DNA of 64,000 nt from Haplodiscus bocki (taxonomy: Eukaryota): contig OZ296658.1 of NCBI GenBank assembly GCA_965655095.1, positions 64,232,001-64,296,000 of the forward strand, written 5' to 3'. Both the position numbers and the translations under genes were made by a program. Numbering within the stretch: the first letter of the stretch is position 1; the number at the start of each line of letters is the position of its first letter. The notes below the pieces were generated by a model. The model did no database searches. It worked only from the letters and a program-made list of their open reading frames with translations, and was not told where the DNA came from. Positions 61,947 to 64,000 of the stretch are shown one piece after another.

Positions 61947-62718
61947 TTATGTTCTACAAACAACACACTTTAATATATCAATATCACTTTTATTATGATT
62001 ACATTCTTCACAAATACACTGATGGCCACATTGTCTAAAAGCATAATCACTATCTCTTTTATAACATAGAACACACTTTTGATTAAAAATTTTTACCACT
62101 TGATTGTTCCCATTCAGATATTGTGTTTCAATCAAATCTTTATCTTCTTCATCTTCTTCAACATCTTCATCGCCTTTTCCAACACCAGGCCAAGAAGTAC
62201 GAATCAGACTACGTTCTAATTTTTTAAAAGAATGAACACCACAATTTTCAACATGATAATCAAAAGGATCTAAGCTACCGTTTATTGTGTTTAATAATGT
62301 ACCCTGTTCAATATTATCCTTTTCAAAAAATTTGTAATGATGTGATATGAAATATGTGTATTTTTCTCCAATTATAATAGCATAAGGAATCATGTTGTTG
62401 TCCATAAGAGATATGTAATCTATAGGTTTATCATCAGTCTTGAAATTAAAAATTTCTAATCCAGAAATATATACGTATTCGTTATCTTCACATTCTAGTA
62501 AAGTGGTATTACCATCGAAGTCAGAACTATTATCGACCGCCCCAGAAACTTCTGTCAATTTGCAAACTTCTGATGTACCAATGAAAATGTTATTTGGTCG
62601 AAAAGAGAGAAAAAGTTTATCAAATTTATGTTTTTCTGATTTATAAACATTCACATTACCGTTTATTACAACTAAATATCTAGACCAGTAATTTTTTTTG
62701 CATTTTGAAAATATCCAT
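61947..62718 (-). CDS. viral-type N-terminal domain + acidic linker + C-terminal C3HC4 RING finger (probable E3 ligase)
   Basis: ORF 61947-62654 is open; CVLC..RDSDYAFRQCGHQCICEEC...CVVCRT*. The likely ATG at 62718 needs one fewer A in an A8 run. Confidence 0.7.
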
Positions 62719-62986
62719 TTTTTTATTATACATATAGAATGAACATTAAATCAAGTTTAGTTGAAGATTAAGTCAAATTTGTTGACTGGACAAAGAAACA
62801 AAATAAATACTTTAAAAAAATTTTATTTTTGCTTTTATTTAAATGTTATACAAAGTAGTGTTTATACAATTATATTTCTAATTATATTATTATTCGTATA
62901 AGATAACTTTTTCTTACAATTATATTAATAAAATTAGTAGTTCTTCGTATTTGAATATGAATAATTATACAATACTAAATAGATAA

Positions 62987-63435
62987 ATGATTAGAACTTT
63001 TTCTTTACAACAAATATCCAGAACTGGCAATCATGGTTTTAATTTGATATCCTGGTAATACAAACTAAATTTGATGGCTGATTTTAAGCGGATTAAATAT
63101 GAAAAACCAAAATTGAAACAGTCTGTAATATTAAATCAATTAAGTTACTTTTCTTCGACTTTGCAAAGGTATAGAAATGATATAAATATGCTTTCACTGT
63201 ACAGAATTCAACCACATAACACCAATAAACGAACAAAACGGTTTCAAATACAAACATCGATAAAAATTCACATCGTGAAAATGACCTCAAAAGACCTCAA
63301 ATGACCTGAAATGACCTCAAAATCACCTCAAACGAACCATTTAAAAATAAGAGAAACAAATTGGAAGGTGGTGATCCGAGTAGGAATCAAAATGATGGAG
63401 GAAGTCTCTTAGAACAACCTTTTTCATCTAATTAA
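62987..63435 (+). pseudogene. HTH DNA-binding protein pseudogene with an AATGACCTCA mini-repeat
   Basis: PKLKQSVILNQLSYFSSTLQRYRNDI (HTH pattern); ATG 62987 in frame with ORF 63071, one stop between; 5 imperfect repeats at ~63279-63332. Confidence 0.55.
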
Positions 63436-63663
63436 ATGACAGAATGTTTAGAAATTATTAAAAAAGTTCTTAGTATGCAACTTGAAATTTCACAAGCAAT
63501 TGATAAGTACAACAAAAAATCTTTTTCAACGAGATCTCAAATAAGTCAAAATGCTTTAATTCAAAGTAAAAATTTTAAACCAGCAAAAAATTTTATAGGA
63601 GAAACTATATCAGATACGGATACAGAATTAGAACAAAAAGGTAACGTAATACAATTTTCATAA
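63436..63663 (+). CDS. small hypothetical protein of the Polinton-like cluster
   Basis: Intact 75-aa ORF starting in a TAAATG context right after the HTH gene. Confidence 0.4.
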   Translation: MTECLEIIKKVLSMQLEISQAIDKYNKKSFSTRSQISQNALIQSKNFKPAKNFIGETISDTDTELEQKGNVIQFS

Positions 63664-64000
63664 GATAAAATAGGCATAACAGATTCCTAGAAGTTATAGA
63701 AGAGATGAATAGATTGGACTTAAACAAAATATCGAGCAAGGAAGAAAATGATAGGACTATGAATAGGTTAAATAAAACGCTCAACAATCACAAATACAAC
63801 ATGTGTTAAAATTAATGAAACAATTTCATAATCAGAAATACATTAAGTTTTAAATGTAAGAAAACTAGAATTTTTATATAAAAGTTTTGGTTTGATAATG
63901 ACTTATTTAGAGAAACAAACTCATATTAGTTTTCTTTTTGTTTATCAGTTTTTGTATACAACCCCATTTATCTTTGTTAAATAATGGCTCACATATCTTA

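Overview
AT-rich, repeat-dense eukaryotic (invertebrate animal-like) genomic DNA with a 200-N assembly gap at 49782-49981. The one clearly intact host gene is the 3' part of a spliced LIV-1-subfamily ZIP zinc transporter (+ strand, 9 exons, 266-21823). It is most similar to ZIP12/ZIP4 and has an unusually long (~390 aa) His/Cys-rich TM3-TM4 loop. Its introns hold decayed LINEs, tRNA-derived SINE-like heads, Helentron/DINE-1-like elements and a three-level nest of DNA transposons. A decayed galactose-3-O-sulfotransferase-like pseudogene lies at ~30-31.3 kb (-). The right third is mobile/viral DNA with four parts. (i) A degraded Polinton/Maverick (adintovirus-like) module at 44.7-49.8 kb: minor capsid-like gene, A32 packaging ATPase, major capsid-like gene and a convergent integrase. 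(ii) A multi-exon, Zn-finger, hAT-transposase-like gene (-, 49994-54376) that seems to have lost its catalytic residues. (iii) An LTR-retrotransposon segment with an accessory Ser/Pro-rich ORF bearing SUMO-interacting-like motifs, then PPT, LTR, a CCAAT/CRE promoter, a highly structured leader and a gag-like N-terminus. (iv) A second Polinton-like gene cluster at 60.8-64 kb, including a giant-virus-like domain fused to a RING finger, preceded by a Helentron-type terminus and a ~155-bp tandem array. All family calls come from motif recognition by eye; no searches were run.
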